DNA of 64,000 nt, taken from the NCBI GenBank assembly GCA_045616865.1, contig JAZLHO010000059.1:2441-66440 (forward strand), read 5' to 3'. Positions 19,297 through 29,018 of this stretch are shown piece by piece. The translations under genes and the position numbers were made by a program. The DNA is from Lachnospiraceae bacterium (GTDB taxonomy: Bacteria; Bacillota; Clostridia; Lachnospirales; Lachnospiraceae). The notes under the pieces were generated by a model that made no database searches, had not been told where the DNA came from, and saw nothing but the letters and a program-made list of their open reading frames with translations. Each line of letters begins with the position of its first letter. Within the stretch, counting starts at the first letter, position 1.

Positions 19297-20541
19297 TCAT
19301 TTTACATAAATAGGGTGCTGTGCACAGAGATTCTTCACTCCTTCGGATATTTCATCTTTTTTATTATCATAATCGAATATGCAGTCACATACCCAGGTTG
19401 CTATACTTGACATGTCTTTTTCTGTGAAGCCTCTTGTCGTAACCGCCGGGGTTCCTATGCGAAGTCCGCTTGTGATCGTAGGCTTCTCCGGATCGTTCGG
19501 TATTGCGTTTTTATTTGCTGTGATATGCACGCTGTCCAGACGATTCTGAAGTTCCATTCCTGTCACTCCGGTTCCTGTCAGATTCAGAAGCATCAGATGA
19601 TTATCTGTTCCTCCCGATACCAGACGTATTCCTTTTTTAACAAACTCTTCTGCCAGTACTGCTGCATTCGCAACCACCTGTTTCTGATAATTTACGAAAT
19701 CATCTGTCAGAGCTTCACCAAATGCTACCGCCTTCGCAGCAATAATATGCATGAGAGGACCTCCCTGTGTTCCCGGGAAAATAGCCTTATCTACCTGCTG
19801 TGCATACTGCTTTTTGCAGAAGATAAGTCCTCCCCTCGGTCCCCTGAGCGTCTTATGTGTGGTCGTTGTTACTATATCCGCATACGAGAATGGTGACGGA
19901 TGTAATCCCGCTGCCACCAGACCGGCGATATGCGCCATATCCACCATCAGATATGCCCCTGCTTCATCTGCTATCTCACGAAAGGCGGCAAAATCGATAA
20001 ATCTCGGATATGCACTTGCTCCTGCGAGGATGAGCTGCGGGCGATATTCCAGAGCGAGTCTTCTTACTTCATCATAATCTATACGTTCTGTCTCAGGATC
20101 GATACCATATGAATATGAGTTAAAGAATTTGCCGGAGATATTGACCTTTGCTCCGTGTGACAGATGTCCTCCTGACGGAAGCCCCATGCCAAGTACAGTA
20201 TCCCCACTCTTGAGCAGTGCACAAAATGCTGCCAGATTAGCGCTTGCACCTGAATGTGGCTGCACATTGACATGCTCTGCACCCTTGAAAAGCTCCAGTG
20301 CTCTCTTTCTTGCTATTTCCTCCACTACATCTACATACTCACATCCGCCGTAATAGCGATGTGCCGGATATCCTTCTGCATATTTGTTGGTCAATATGCT
20401 TCCTGCAGCATCGAGAACTGCCTGAGACACTATATTCTCGGATGCGATAAGCTCTATGTTGTTCTGCTGCCTGCATAATTCATCGGATATTGCCAGTGCA
20501 ACTTCCTGATCTGACCCTTTGAGTCTGTCGAGTGAGTCCAT
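19297..20541 (-). CDS. glyA: Serine hydroxymethyltransferase
   Basis: ELIASEN, YAEGYP..RYYGGCE and [14 protein letters not shown] (PLP lysine) motifs. AGGAGG SD present. Confidence 0.95.
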   Translation of the reverse strand: MDSLDRLKGSDQEVALAISDELCRQQNNIELIASENIVSQAVLDAAGSILTNKYAEGYPAHRYYGGCEYVDVVEEIARKRALELFKGAEHVNVQPHSGASANLAAFCALLKSGDTVLGMGLPSGGHLSHGAKVNISGKFFNSYSYGIDPETERIDYDEVRRLALEYRPQLILAGASAYPRFIDFAAFREIADEAGAYLMVDMAHIAGLVAAGLHPSPFSYADIVTTTTHKTLRGPRGGLIFCKKQYAQQVDKAIFPGTQGGPLMHIIAAKAVAFGEALTDDFVNYQKQVVANAAVLAEEFVKKGIRLVSGGTDNHLMLLNLTGTGVTGMELQNRLDSVHITANKNAIPNDPEKPTITSGLRIGTPAVTTRGFTEKDMSSIATWVCDCIFDYDNKKDEISEGVKNLCAQHPIYVK

Positions 20542-20569
20542 ATGGTTTACCTCCTGTTTCTATATCATA

Positions 20570-21766
20570 TCATTCCTGTCTGTTCTGATGAGTCCATTTG
20601 AAATACCTCTCATTGATTATTGATACTATTACGAGCAGTATACCGGGAATAAGTATCGAGCACATACCTGCTTTCATACCTGCGGCTCCTGCGATCAGAC
20701 CGATAACATACGGCCAGAATGAAGCACCTATTCCGGCTATAGCGATAAATGCGCTCATTGAAAATGCATATTCCGGGAATATGTCTCCGGCACATGCCAT
20801 GATAGTGCCGAACATTCCTGATGCTGACAGACCTATGCCTACAGTAGCTATAAGCGCCAGTGCAAATGAATTTGTAAACAGAAGAACTACCGTAAATACC
20901 AGCATTCCTATACTCAGTGTCCTGACGAGACTCGGTGAATGGATCTTGTTTGCTATAGCTACGCATATGAGTCGTCCTGCCAGAATAGCTGCCCAGAGTA
21001 TCGAATTGAGCACCTGTGAGAAGTCTTCTGAGATGTATCCGCCTTCCACAAAATATGAAACCAGCCATCCCATGAGTGCAGCCTCCACGCACTGATACAG
21101 GAACATACACAATGATGGCAGCGCGAATCTTTTATCCTTAAGAAATGCAAATGATTTGTTAGCAGTCTGATTTCCCTTCTTATACTCTATACGACTCATA
21201 TCCATACGGAATGAGAGTATAAATGAGATAATAATCAGCACGATAACGAATATTACCACAAACTTCCATCCGCTTTCTGACCTTCCTGTGCAAAGCAGTA
21301 CAACAAACGGAGCAAGCAGAGCACCTATCGAAAAGCAGCTGTGCAGCATATTATTCGGTGCTGATTTTCCTTCTCCGATAGTACTTACTGCCAGATTATT
21401 ATAGTTATTGCAGACACCTCTTCCACAGCCTGTAAGCAGGAATGCAAAAAGCAGAAATACCGGATTGCGGGTGACAAGTGTCAGTATGAATCCTATAGCC
21501 GCTACCGCTGTAAAAAGAATATACGCTGTCTTGATACTCAGTGCCATAGCTATCGCACCGGCAAAGAGTCCTGCAACCATATTTCCGATATTATGAATCG
21601 ATACGATGGATCCGCTGACCTCGTATGAGAGTCCGTATTCATCACGCATCATCGGAAGTATGGAACCGATCATGATTACATATATTCCCATTATCACAAA
21701 TGAGAAAAACATATTAAAAATCATATATCGGTCATTTTTATTTAACTTAGATAAAAACTCTTGCAT
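20570..21766 (-). CDS. MFS transporter
   Basis: 398 aa with about 12 predicted hydrophobic helices and MFS-like loops. Confidence 0.65.
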   Translation of the reverse strand: MQEFLSKLNKNDRYMIFNMFFSFVIMGIYVIMIGSILPMMRDEYGLSYEVSGSIVSIHNIGNMVAGLFAGAIAMALSIKTAYILFTAVAAIGFILTLVTRNPVFLLFAFLLTGCGRGVCNNYNNLAVSTIGEGKSAPNNMLHSCFSIGALLAPFVVLLCTGRSESGWKFVVIFVIVLIIISFILSFRMDMSRIEYKKGNQTANKSFAFLKDKRFALPSLCMFLYQCVEAALMGWLVSYFVEGGYISEDFSQVLNSILWAAILAGRLICVAIANKIHSPSLVRTLSIGMLVFTVVLLFTNSFALALIATVGIGLSASGMFGTIMACAGDIFPEYAFSMSAFIAIAGIGASFWPYVIGLIAGAAGMKAGMCSILIPGILLVIVSIINERYFKWTHQNRQE

Positions 21767-21804
21767 TATGATGTCCCTTCAAGTCTTATGTTCTTATATT
21801 TTAT

Positions 21805-21867
21805 AAAATCAGTATCCGTCGAATGTAGGGCAGCTCCGCTGTTTCATTCTGCGAGGATACTGATTTT
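21805..21867 (-). terminator. Long inverted repeat after nagB (probable terminator or RNA structure)
   Basis: 13-bp perfect arms AAAATCAGTATCC / GGATACTGATTTT separated by 37 nt. On the minus strand the 3' arm runs into TTTTATAAAAT. Confidence 0.4.
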
Positions 21868-21913
21868 CCATAATCATGTGTTATCTCATGACCCGCAGCA
21901 TCGTGCTGCTTTA

Positions 21914-22699
21914 TTATTTCTCGTTTTTATATACTTCTTTGAAATACTTATATGTATCTACCTTCAGTTCTCCGCATGCAGGCTCGTCACAAGCGATATA
22001 TGCATTGTTATGAAGCTGAAGTGCGCTGATGGTCCATGCCTGGTCTACTCCGCCTTCTACACAGTGCTTAAGTGCGCGTGCCTTATTGTGTCCATTGATG
22101 AGAAGCAGCACTTCCTTTGAATCTGTAACTGTACCTACACCTACTGACAGAGCTCTTGTAGGAACCTTCTTTGTATCATTTCCGAAGAAACGTGAGTTCA
22201 CGATGATAGTATCCTGGGTAAGTGCTCTGACACCTGTGCGCGAGTTTAATGATGTGAATGGCTCATTAAAGGCTATATGTCCGTCTACTCCGCTGCCGCC
22301 CATGAAGAGATCTATTCCACCGTAGGAAGCGATCCTCTTTTCATAATCTGCACATTCCTTCGCCAGATCCTTCGCCATACCGTTAAGGATATTAATATTG
22401 GCCTTCGGAATGTCGATATGATTGAAGAAATTGTCATGCATGAAATACCAGTAGCTCTGTTTATGACTGTGAGAAAGTCCTACATACTCATCCATATTAA
22501 ATGTAACTACATTCCTGAAGCTTACCTTGCCTGCCTTGTTAAGCTGAATAAGGCGCTTATATACTCCGAGCGGTGATGAACCTGTGGGCAGTCCCAGTAC
22601 GAATGGCTTCTCTCCTTTATGTTTGTTAATCGCTGCCGCAATATGCTTTGCAGCCCAGTCACACATAGTATCATAATCATTTTTAATAATCAGTTTCAT
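21914..22699 (-). CDS. nagB: Glucosamine-6-phosphate deaminase
   Basis: MKLIIKNDYD... with the canonical GGSGVDGHIAFNEP. GGAGG SD sits before the ATG at 22699. The upstream ORF extension runs through a terminator hairpin. Confidence 0.9.
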   Translation of the reverse strand: MKLIIKNDYDTMCDWAAKHIAAAINKHKGEKPFVLGLPTGSSPLGVYKRLIQLNKAGKVSFRNVVTFNMDEYVGLSHSHKQSYWYFMHDNFFNHIDIPKANINILNGMAKDLAKECADYEKRIASYGGIDLFMGGSGVDGHIAFNEPFTSLNSRTGVRALTQDTIIVNSRFFGNDTKKVPTRALSVGVGTVTDSKEVLLLINGHNKARALKHCVEGGVDQAWTISALQLHNNAYIACDEPACGELKVDTYKYFKEVYKNEK

Positions 22700-22749
22700 T
22701 TTTATTCCTCCTATAATATCTGATTTTGCAGACTTTGTCCTACCGATAA

Positions 22750-22780
22750 AAAATCGAAAAGCCGATGGCATTCCATCGGC
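22750..22780 (-). terminator. Rho-independent terminator after tRNA-Ser(GGA)
   Basis: GCCGATGG-catt-CCATCGGC followed on the minus strand by TTTTCGATTTT. Confidence 0.7.
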
Positions 22781-22789
22781 ATCCTTGAG

Positions 22790-22878
22790 CGCAGAAGGCG
22801 GGATTTGAACCCGCGCGCCGCTATTAACGACCTACTCACTTTCCAGGCGAGCCCCTTCGGCCACTTGGGTACTTCTGC
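22790..22878 (-). tRNA. tRNA-Ser (anticodon GGA)
   Basis: Hand-folded cloverleaf. Acceptor is GCAGAAG/CTTCTGC, anticodon loop CTGGAAA, T-arm GCGGG-TTCAAAT-CCCGC, with a long variable arm. CCA is not encoded. Confidence 0.85.
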
Positions 22879-22994
22879 CGATTGATTACTCTGTTTCTTT
22901 ATTAAAGCATGCCTGTTTCACACTTTACAAACCAACATATATTATGCAACATCAGACGGATTTTATCAACTGTCTCCTGAATTCCATGCCATGT

Positions 22995-23018
22995 AAAAAG
23001 CCGCAGCACATGCTGCGT
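22995..23018 (-). terminator. Rho-independent terminator after tRNA-Ser(UGA)
   Basis: Minus strand reads CGCAGCA-tg-TGCTGCGG followed by CTTTTTAC. Confidence 0.65.
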
Positions 23019-23025
23019 CTTGCCA

Positions 23026-23111
23026 CGCAGAGGATGGGATTCGAACCCATGTGCCCTTGCGGACAAACGGTTTTCAAGACCGCCTCGTTATGACCTCTTC
23101 GATACCTCTGC
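23026..23111 (-). tRNA. tRNA-Ser (anticodon UGA)
   Basis: Hand-folded cloverleaf. Acceptor is GCAGAGG/CCTCTGC, anticodon loop CTTGAAA, T-arm ATGGG-TTCGAAT-CCCAT, with a long variable arm. Confidence 0.85.
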
Positions 23112-23136
23112 AGTTCGTTCAAACGCGAACAGAACT

Positions 23137-23165
23137 ATTTTATATGAATAAGCCTTCTTTGTCAA
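23137..23165 (-). promoter_or_regulatory. Sigma-A-type promoter for tRNA-Ser(UGA)
   Basis: TTGACA, a 17-nt spacer, then TAAAAT, ending about 25 nt upstream of the tRNA 5' end. Confidence 0.5.
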
Positions 23166-23197
23166 GCATATAGCCCATCAAAGAACAGGCTTTTATG

Positions 23198-24607
23198 TCA
23201 GATCATACGCATTCTTACTACACGATCAACAAACTCTGTATTGTTGTCCGTTGCGTCAAAAAGCTCCAGAATGCGTTCTACGGCATCATCTGGTTTCAGT
23301 GAGTTTGTTGCCCTGTGAATGATATTAACAGCATCCTGCTCCTTGCTGCCAAGCAGCAAATCATCTCTGCGGGTTCCGCTCCTTGTGATATCAATTGCAG
23401 GGAATATCCTCTTCTCACTGAGCTTTCTGTCGAGCACAAGCTCCATATTACCGGTTCCCTTGAATTCCTCGAATACTACATCATCCATACGGCTTCCTGT
23501 ATCTACAAGGGCAGTTGCCAGTATGGTCAGAGACCCTCCTTCCCTCATCTTTCTGGCTGCTCCGAAAAACTTCTTCGGCATATGAAGTGCATTTGGATCG
23601 AGGCCTCCTGAGAGGGTTCTTCCGCTGGATGTGACCGTCAGGTTATATGCTCTTGCAAGTCTGGTGATGGAATCCAACAGGATTATGACATCGTCTCCCT
23701 GTTCAACCAGTCTCTTGGCCCTCTCGATTACCATCTCCGAAACCCTCTTATGTCTTTCCGGAAGTTCATCGAAAGTAGAATATATTACTTCAACCTGCTT
23801 ACCTGTTACAGATTCCTTGATATCTGTTACTTCCTCAGGTCTTTCATCGATGAGAAGTATGATGATATGCATCTCCGGTTCATTCTGCAGTACTGCCTGT
23901 GCCACCTGTTTGAGCAGTGTGGTTTTGCCGGCTTTAGGCGGTGATACTATCATTCCTCTCTGACCCTTTCCTATAGGAGAAAGCAGATCGACTATGCGCA
24001 TTGCTGTTGTAGTTCCCCTTACAGTTTCCAGATGTATTCTTTCCTCCGGGAATATTGGAGTCAGATTCTCAAAGTTAGGTCTTCGTAATATCCTGTCGAT
24101 AGTAAGCCCGTTGACAGTCTTTACATTCAGTAGAGCCGAAAATTTTTCATTTGCTCTTTTGCTTCTCTTTATTCCCGAGATGATATCACCGGTTTTCAGA
24201 TTCAGTTTTTTGATCTGATTCGGTGCTACATACACATCCTCCACACCCGGAAGATAATTATCACATCTTATGAATCCGAATCCATCAGGCATGACTTCGA
24301 GAATTCCGTATGCCGGCATCTGCTCCTGTGCGGGATATGCATCTGCCGCATTCAGTCCCGGCCTTCTTCCTGTTTCCTGTTCATTGTTTTGATTTGCATT
24401 TTTCTCCGGGTTCTCCTGTGCGGTCTGCCCCGGCATCTGTTGCTGTGTTTTCAACTGATTATCTTCCTTCGGAGCAGTACTTTCTGCATGTAAAGCCAGG
24501 GCCTCAATAAGATCCGACTTCTTCATGGTTGATACACCCTTGATGTCCTCACCCTTAGCCAGGTCTCTTAACTGTGTCAATGATAAAGTTGCCAGTTTTT
24601 CTCTCAT
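23198..24607 (-). CDS. rho: Transcription termination factor Rho with Q/N-rich N-terminal insert
   Basis: Rho_N helix-hairpin, CSD-like [14 protein letters not shown], Walker A PPKAGKT, and the RecA-type ATPase core. ATGA overlap with rarA. Confidence 0.95.
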   Translation of the reverse strand: MREKLATLSLTQLRDLAKGEDIKGVSTMKKSDLIEALALHAESTAPKEDNQLKTQQQMPGQTAQENPEKNANQNNEQETGRRPGLNAADAYPAQEQMPAYGILEVMPDGFGFIRCDNYLPGVEDVYVAPNQIKKLNLKTGDIISGIKRSKRANEKFSALLNVKTVNGLTIDRILRRPNFENLTPIFPEERIHLETVRGTTTAMRIVDLLSPIGKGQRGMIVSPPKAGKTTLLKQVAQAVLQNEPEMHIIILLIDERPEEVTDIKESVTGKQVEVIYSTFDELPERHKRVSEMVIERAKRLVEQGDDVIILLDSITRLARAYNLTVTSSGRTLSGGLDPNALHMPKKFFGAARKMREGGSLTILATALVDTGSRMDDVVFEEFKGTGNMELVLDRKLSEKRIFPAIDITRSGTRRDDLLLGSKEQDAVNIIHRATNSLKPDDAVERILELFDATDNNTEFVDRVVRMRMI

Positions 24608-25938
24608 CTTTTCTTCCCCTTCTTTACTCCTTTTATATAATCAAGCCATTCACTTATCTCTTTTTCTTTTCCGTTATCTGACGGAACATAGAATCCGCCG
24701 CTTACTCCATTTGGCAGATATTGCTGATCTACATAATGGTTTGGATAATCATGCGCATATTTGTATCCTGACATTCGCTCAATCTCATTATCCTCATTGT
24801 AGTGATAGTCTCTCAGATGCGCCGGTATGGTCTCGCTTATAGAAGTCTCCACTGCAGCTTCCGCCGCATCGATTGCCATAACTACTGAATTTGATTTTGG
24901 TGCGCATGCTACATATGAAGCAGCATGGGCCAGTATGATTCTGGATTCCGGCATGCCTACTCTCTCCACTGCCTGTGCCGCTGCAGCAGCCACTACCAGT
25001 GCCATCGGATCGGCATTTCCCACATCTTCACTCGCACATATCATGATTCGTCTTGCGATAAACTTTACATCTTCTCCGGCATAAAGCATACGGGCTACAT
25101 AATACACAGCTGCATCCGGATCCGATCCACGCATGCTTTTGATAAGTGCTGATGCCGCGTCATAATGATTGTCTCCGCCTTTATCGTATCTGAGCTGCCG
25201 TTTTTGTATGCACTCTGCTGCAACAACCATATCGAAATGTATCTTTCCGTCCTTTGCGACAGGAGTCGTGAGTACTCCGAGCTCGACTGCATTGATTGCA
25301 TTTCTCGCATCGCCGTTGGATGCATCTGCAAGGAACTCTGCCGCATCCTCATCAAGCACTACATTATATCCGCCCATTCCTTTCTCTGCATCTGTGACAG
25401 CCCTGTAAATGAGTGTCAGTATATCTTCCTTTGATAACGGCTTCAGTTCAAATACCGTGGATCTTGACAGCAGCGCGGAGTTGACCTCAAAGAACGGATT
25501 TTCCGTCGTTGCTCCGATCAGTATGATCGTTCCGTCCTCTACAAACGGAAGCAGATAATCCTGCTGCGCTTTGTTGAAGCGATGTATCTCATCGATAAAA
25601 AGCACTGTACGTTTTCCGTACATTCCCATATCCTGCTTTGCAGCTGCCGTGACCTCCTCCATATCCTTCTTGCCGGAGGTGGTAGCATTAATCTGCTTGA
25701 ATACAGCACTCGTTGAATTTGCAATGACCCTCGCCAGTGTAGTCTTGCCTGTTCCCGGAGGTCCGTAAAATATGACTGAACTTATCTTATCGGCTTTTAT
25801 CGCTCTGTAAAGCAGCTTGTCTTCTCCGATGATATGTTTCTGTCCCACCACTTCTTCAAGCGAAGCAGGCCTCATGCGCAGTGCAAGAGGTGCGTCCTTC
25901 TGCATGTTTTCTTCTCTCATGTAATCAAAGAGATCCAT
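24604..25938 (-). CDS. rarA: Replication-associated recombination protein A (MgsA/RarA AAA+ ATPase)
   Basis: LRMRP..L.E.VGQ.H, GPPGTGKTTLA, DEIHRFNK and the C-terminal MgsA domain. AAGGAG SD present. Confidence 0.9.
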   Translation of the reverse strand: MDLFDYMREENMQKDAPLALRMRPASLEEVVGQKHIIGEDKLLYRAIKADKISSVIFYGPPGTGKTTLARVIANSTSAVFKQINATTSGKKDMEEVTAAAKQDMGMYGKRTVLFIDEIHRFNKAQQDYLLPFVEDGTIILIGATTENPFFEVNSALLSRSTVFELKPLSKEDILTLIYRAVTDAEKGMGGYNVVLDEDAAEFLADASNGDARNAINAVELGVLTTPVAKDGKIHFDMVVAAECIQKRQLRYDKGGDNHYDAASALIKSMRGSDPDAAVYYVARMLYAGEDVKFIARRIMICASEDVGNADPMALVVAAAAAQAVERVGMPESRIILAHAASYVACAPKSNSVVMAIDAAEAAVETSISETIPAHLRDYHYNEDNEIERMSGYKYAHDYPNHYVDQQYLPNGVSGGFYVPSDNGKEKEISEWLDYIKGVKKGKKR

Positions 25939-28459
25939 GGATAATCTCCTTTATCATTTCATTTACAGCCCTGACTTCATCATAAAATCCCTTTGCGCTC
26001 ATAAGTCTGCTGCCGCTTGATCTGATGATGATCTGCTCTATGCCGTCACTTGTAGCTACTGTGATGTTATACTTTGAAGCATTCTGGTGTGTAAATGTTT
26101 CTATGTAGTGATCTGCCGTTTCCGCTGTTGCCGTAAATATCACATGTATATTGTGGTAGTCCAGCATCTCTGTTTTATGATGCTCGAGTCTGTACGCATC
26201 AAATACCACCGCTGTCTCTATCTCACGATATCCGGAATAGTTGCTTACTATATCGAGCAGCTTCAGACGCGCCGAATCTATATTCACATCAGCCAGTGCT
26301 TTAAGCTCAGGCCACGCAAATATGATATTGTAACCATCTATCAGAAAGTATTCAGGTTTTATGATCTGGGGTTTCCTGTGACTTACAGAACTGGAATTAC
26401 TGTTTTCGTAAGTATAAACCTTCTTTGCCCGCCGCGCAACTTTATTCTTTTTATTGGCCCCGTTCGCAGCCTTTAATATCGCGTCTACCTCTTCCGTAGA
26501 TATCCACTCATCCACCTGGGCTGTGCGTACTGCGCTCATCGGCACTCCCGCATCATCACGTTTTGTACCCAGCACATTTTCGACATGCATCATCGATTTA
26601 ACTTCATTCCAAGGCACATATACTCCGGCACCATGTGAACAGAATACCGAACCGCAGGGATTCCTCAGATCTGCTTCCGGATCGTAAGTACATCCGTCCA
26701 GCACTTCCTCCTGATTATGGCACACATCATATCCTCTCAGGTTCAGGGAAATGTTCCCGTATCCTCTGGTATACGCATTCAGTTCATTCGGATAATCCCA
26801 GAGCCTGGATACCGGCGCATATCCGCATATAGTTGCTGTATCATTTATCAGTTCAGGTGCCTGACACTTTCCGCTCATTGCTTCTATATCAGTCATCGCG
26901 CGTCCGACATATTCCTGCGGCATAGTCATGACGAAGTTATAGTATGGTTCAAGCAGTCTGACTTCCCCTGCGGCTCTTGCCTCCATCAGTCCTTCTCTTA
27001 TTGCTCTGTATGTAGACTGTCTGAAATCTCCGCCTTCAGTATGCTTTACATGAGCTCGTCCGCCCTTTACTGTTATCACCACATCTGTCAGTTCGGAACC
27101 TGTCAGCACTCCTGCGTGTCTTTTCTCAAGTATATGTGTGACTATAAGTCTCTGCCAGTTCCTTGCCAGCTCATCCTCACTGACATTGGATACAGCAGTT
27201 ATTCCGCTGCCTCTTTCTCCCGGTGTCATAATCAGATGAACCTCTGCATAGTGTCTGAGGGGTTCGAAATGACCCACTCCATATGCCATGCCTGACAGTG
27301 TCTCTTTATATACTATGCTTCCTGCTCCGAATTCAATATTCAGTCCGAATCGTTCCTTTACTACTTCCTTTAGTATCTCAAGCTGTATCAGACCCATCAC
27401 TCTCACATGTATCTCTCTGGTATCCTCATTCCATGTGAATTTAAGCTCAGGGTTTTCTTCCTCTATCTCTTTAAGGTAATCCATGACTACTATCGGAGAT
27501 GCTCCATCGTTTATAAGCACCTGATATGTCATGACAGGTTCTATCTCGGGAGTCGGTGCATCATCACAGTTGATTCCCTGGCCCGGATAGGTTTCTGTCA
27601 GTCCGGCGACAGTGCACAGATCTCCCGCATATATCTCGGTTCCTTCTTCGATCCCGCTTACCTTATCATTTCCGATTTTATCGCGTACCTTCAGACTTCC
27701 TCCCAGTATCTTCATATGAGTGAGTCTGTTATGCTTATCATCATGAGTTATTTTATATACTCTGGCTGCGAATTCATCATCGTATTCTATATTTGACATG
27801 TATCCGGCCATACCCGAGAGGAGTTCCTTCACGCCTTCATTTTTCAGCGCTGCCCCAAAATATACCGGATAGATTTTTCTTTCTGCGATAGCTCTGATCA
27901 CATCGGTTTCATCAAGCTTCCCTGATGCAAGATAATCTTCCATCATCTTTTCATCACAGCCCGCTATGCCTTCCATATCCATATCGGTAAAGTTGATGCA
28001 ATCAGATGAAAGCTTATTTCTGATCATATTCATAAGCTCATCTTTGCTTCCTTCATATCGGTCCATCTTATTGACAAAGATAAATGCCGGGACATCGTAT
28101 CTTTCAAGCAGCCTGAATAATGTAAGTGTGTGTCCCTGCACTCCCTCCGGGGCTGATACTATAAGAATCGCATAATCAAGAACAGAAAGTGTCCTTTCCA
28201 TCTCCGCTGAAAAGTCCGTATGTCCCGGAGTGTCAAGCAGCATGAATTTTCTTCCGGATACCTCAAATGAAGCACGGCTTGAAAATATGGTTATGCCTCG
28301 TGCCCTTTCAAGTTCATGAGTATCCAGACAGGTATCACCGCTGTCTACGCGGCCCGCCCGTCTGATACTTCCTGAATCGTACAATATATTTTCCGATAAT
28401 GTGGTTTTTCCGGCATCAACATGTGCCAGTATTCCGATGGTAATCATAGATGTGATCAA
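25925..28459 (-). CDS. TetM/EF-G-like translational GTPase fused to a C-terminal Rae1/YacP-type NYN ribonuclease domain
   Basis: G motifs AHVDAGKT, RGITI, DTPGH and NKMD, with an EF-G-like length to about aa 640. The last 142 aa carry LIDGYNIIFAWPELK, VVFDA, ETAD and VATSD, matching B. subtilis Rae1/YacP. The start may be TTG at 28459 or ATG at 28447. Confidence 0.8.
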   Translation of the reverse strand: MITSMITIGILAHVDAGKTTLSENILYDSGSIRRAGRVDSGDTCLDTHELERARGITIFSSRASFEVSGRKFMLLDTPGHTDFSAEMERTLSVLDYAILIVSAPEGVQGHTLTLFRLLERYDVPAFIFVNKMDRYEGSKDELMNMIRNKLSSDCINFTDMDMEGIAGCDEKMMEDYLASGKLDETDVIRAIAERKIYPVYFGAALKNEGVKELLSGMAGYMSNIEYDDEFAARVYKITHDDKHNRLTHMKILGGSLKVRDKIGNDKVSGIEEGTEIYAGDLCTVAGLTETYPGQGINCDDAPTPEIEPVMTYQVLINDGASPIVVMDYLKEIEEENPELKFTWNEDTREIHVRVMGLIQLEILKEVVKERFGLNIEFGAGSIVYKETLSGMAYGVGHFEPLRHYAEVHLIMTPGERGSGITAVSNVSEDELARNWQRLIVTHILEKRHAGVLTGSELTDVVITVKGGRAHVKHTEGGDFRQSTYRAIREGLMEARAAGEVRLLEPYYNFVMTMPQEYVGRAMTDIEAMSGKCQAPELINDTATICGYAPVSRLWDYPNELNAYTRGYGNISLNLRGYDVCHNQEEVLDGCTYDPEADLRNPCGSVFCSHGAGVYVPWNEVKSMMHVENVLGTKRDDAGVPMSAVRTAQVDEWISTEEVDAILKAANGANKKNKVARRAKKVYTYENSNSSSVSHRKPQIIKPEYFLIDGYNIIFAWPELKALADVNIDSARLKLLDIVSNYSGYREIETAVVFDAYRLEHHKTEMLDYHNIHVIFTATAETADHYIETFTHQNASKYNITVATSDGIEQIIIRSSGSRLMSAKGFYDEVRAVNEMIKEIIHGSL

Positions 28460-28465
28460 GTAGAA

Positions 28466-29002
28466 TTATTTTCTTTTCCAGGTGGTAAATCTGTAATGAA
28501 TGCCCTCCCACTCATTGTCATGGCCTTCTTCCGTCATTTCCCACTCTCCGGATGCTTCAAGATCAGGATAATATACATCCGGTTTATCTTTGCAGTCATT
28601 GATCGTTACCAGACATGTGTCACAGTATGGAAGCATGATCCTGTAAATGGTTGCTCCGCCGATCACATATACATCCTCCGGTGGATATGGCTTTGCCGCT
28701 TCCAGTGCTTCATCTATGGAATGGACATAAATAAGCTCTGTCTTATAGCCTGCCTCCCTGGCAGCCTTTGCTGCAGCTACTGACTCCTGTTTGATTTTTT
28801 TATCATCATCAATGAGTACGATATTGATCCTGTTTTTCAGCGGTGCCATCCCGGGAAAGCTCTCAAGTGTTGTGCTTCCCATGATGACTACAGCATCCTT
28901 TGTGGTCTCACGGAAGAACTTCATATCTCCCGGAATATTTACAAGCAGGTCTCCGTTTTTACCGATTCCCCACTGCTCACTGACATTTACTATTTCTTTC
29001 AT
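28466..29002 (-). CDS. folA: Dihydrofolate reductase
   Basis: WGIGKNGDLL...D..FF...T...VIMGSTTLES and GGATIY motifs, directly downstream of thyA. ATG at 29002 is preferred over the TTG-extended ORF. Confidence 0.85.
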   Translation of the reverse strand: MKEIVNVSEQWGIGKNGDLLVNIPGDMKFFRETTKDAVVIMGSTTLESFPGMAPLKNRINIVLIDDDKKIKQESVAAAKAAREAGYKTELIYVHSIDEALEAAKPYPPEDVYVIGGATIYRIMLPYCDTCLVTINDCKDKPDVYYPDLEASGEWEMTEEGHDNEWEGIHYRFTTWKRK

Positions 29003-29018
29003 GTTTTTTCTCTCTTTA

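Noticed and set aside
22700-22771. An N-terminal 24-codon extension of nagB in the ORF track.
   Set aside because: The extension spans the tRNA-Ser terminator hairpin and lacks an SD. The internal ATG at 22699 has GGAGG upstream and gives the canonical NagB N-terminus MKLII.
25925-28459. Whether the TetM-like gene is an acquired tetracycline-resistance determinant on a conjugative transposon.
   Set aside because: There are no Tn916-type integrase, excisionase or conjugation genes, and no tet leader peptide. The gene overlaps housekeeping neighbours (folA, rarA). The C-terminal NYN fusion is not a feature of known Tet(M)/(O) determinants.
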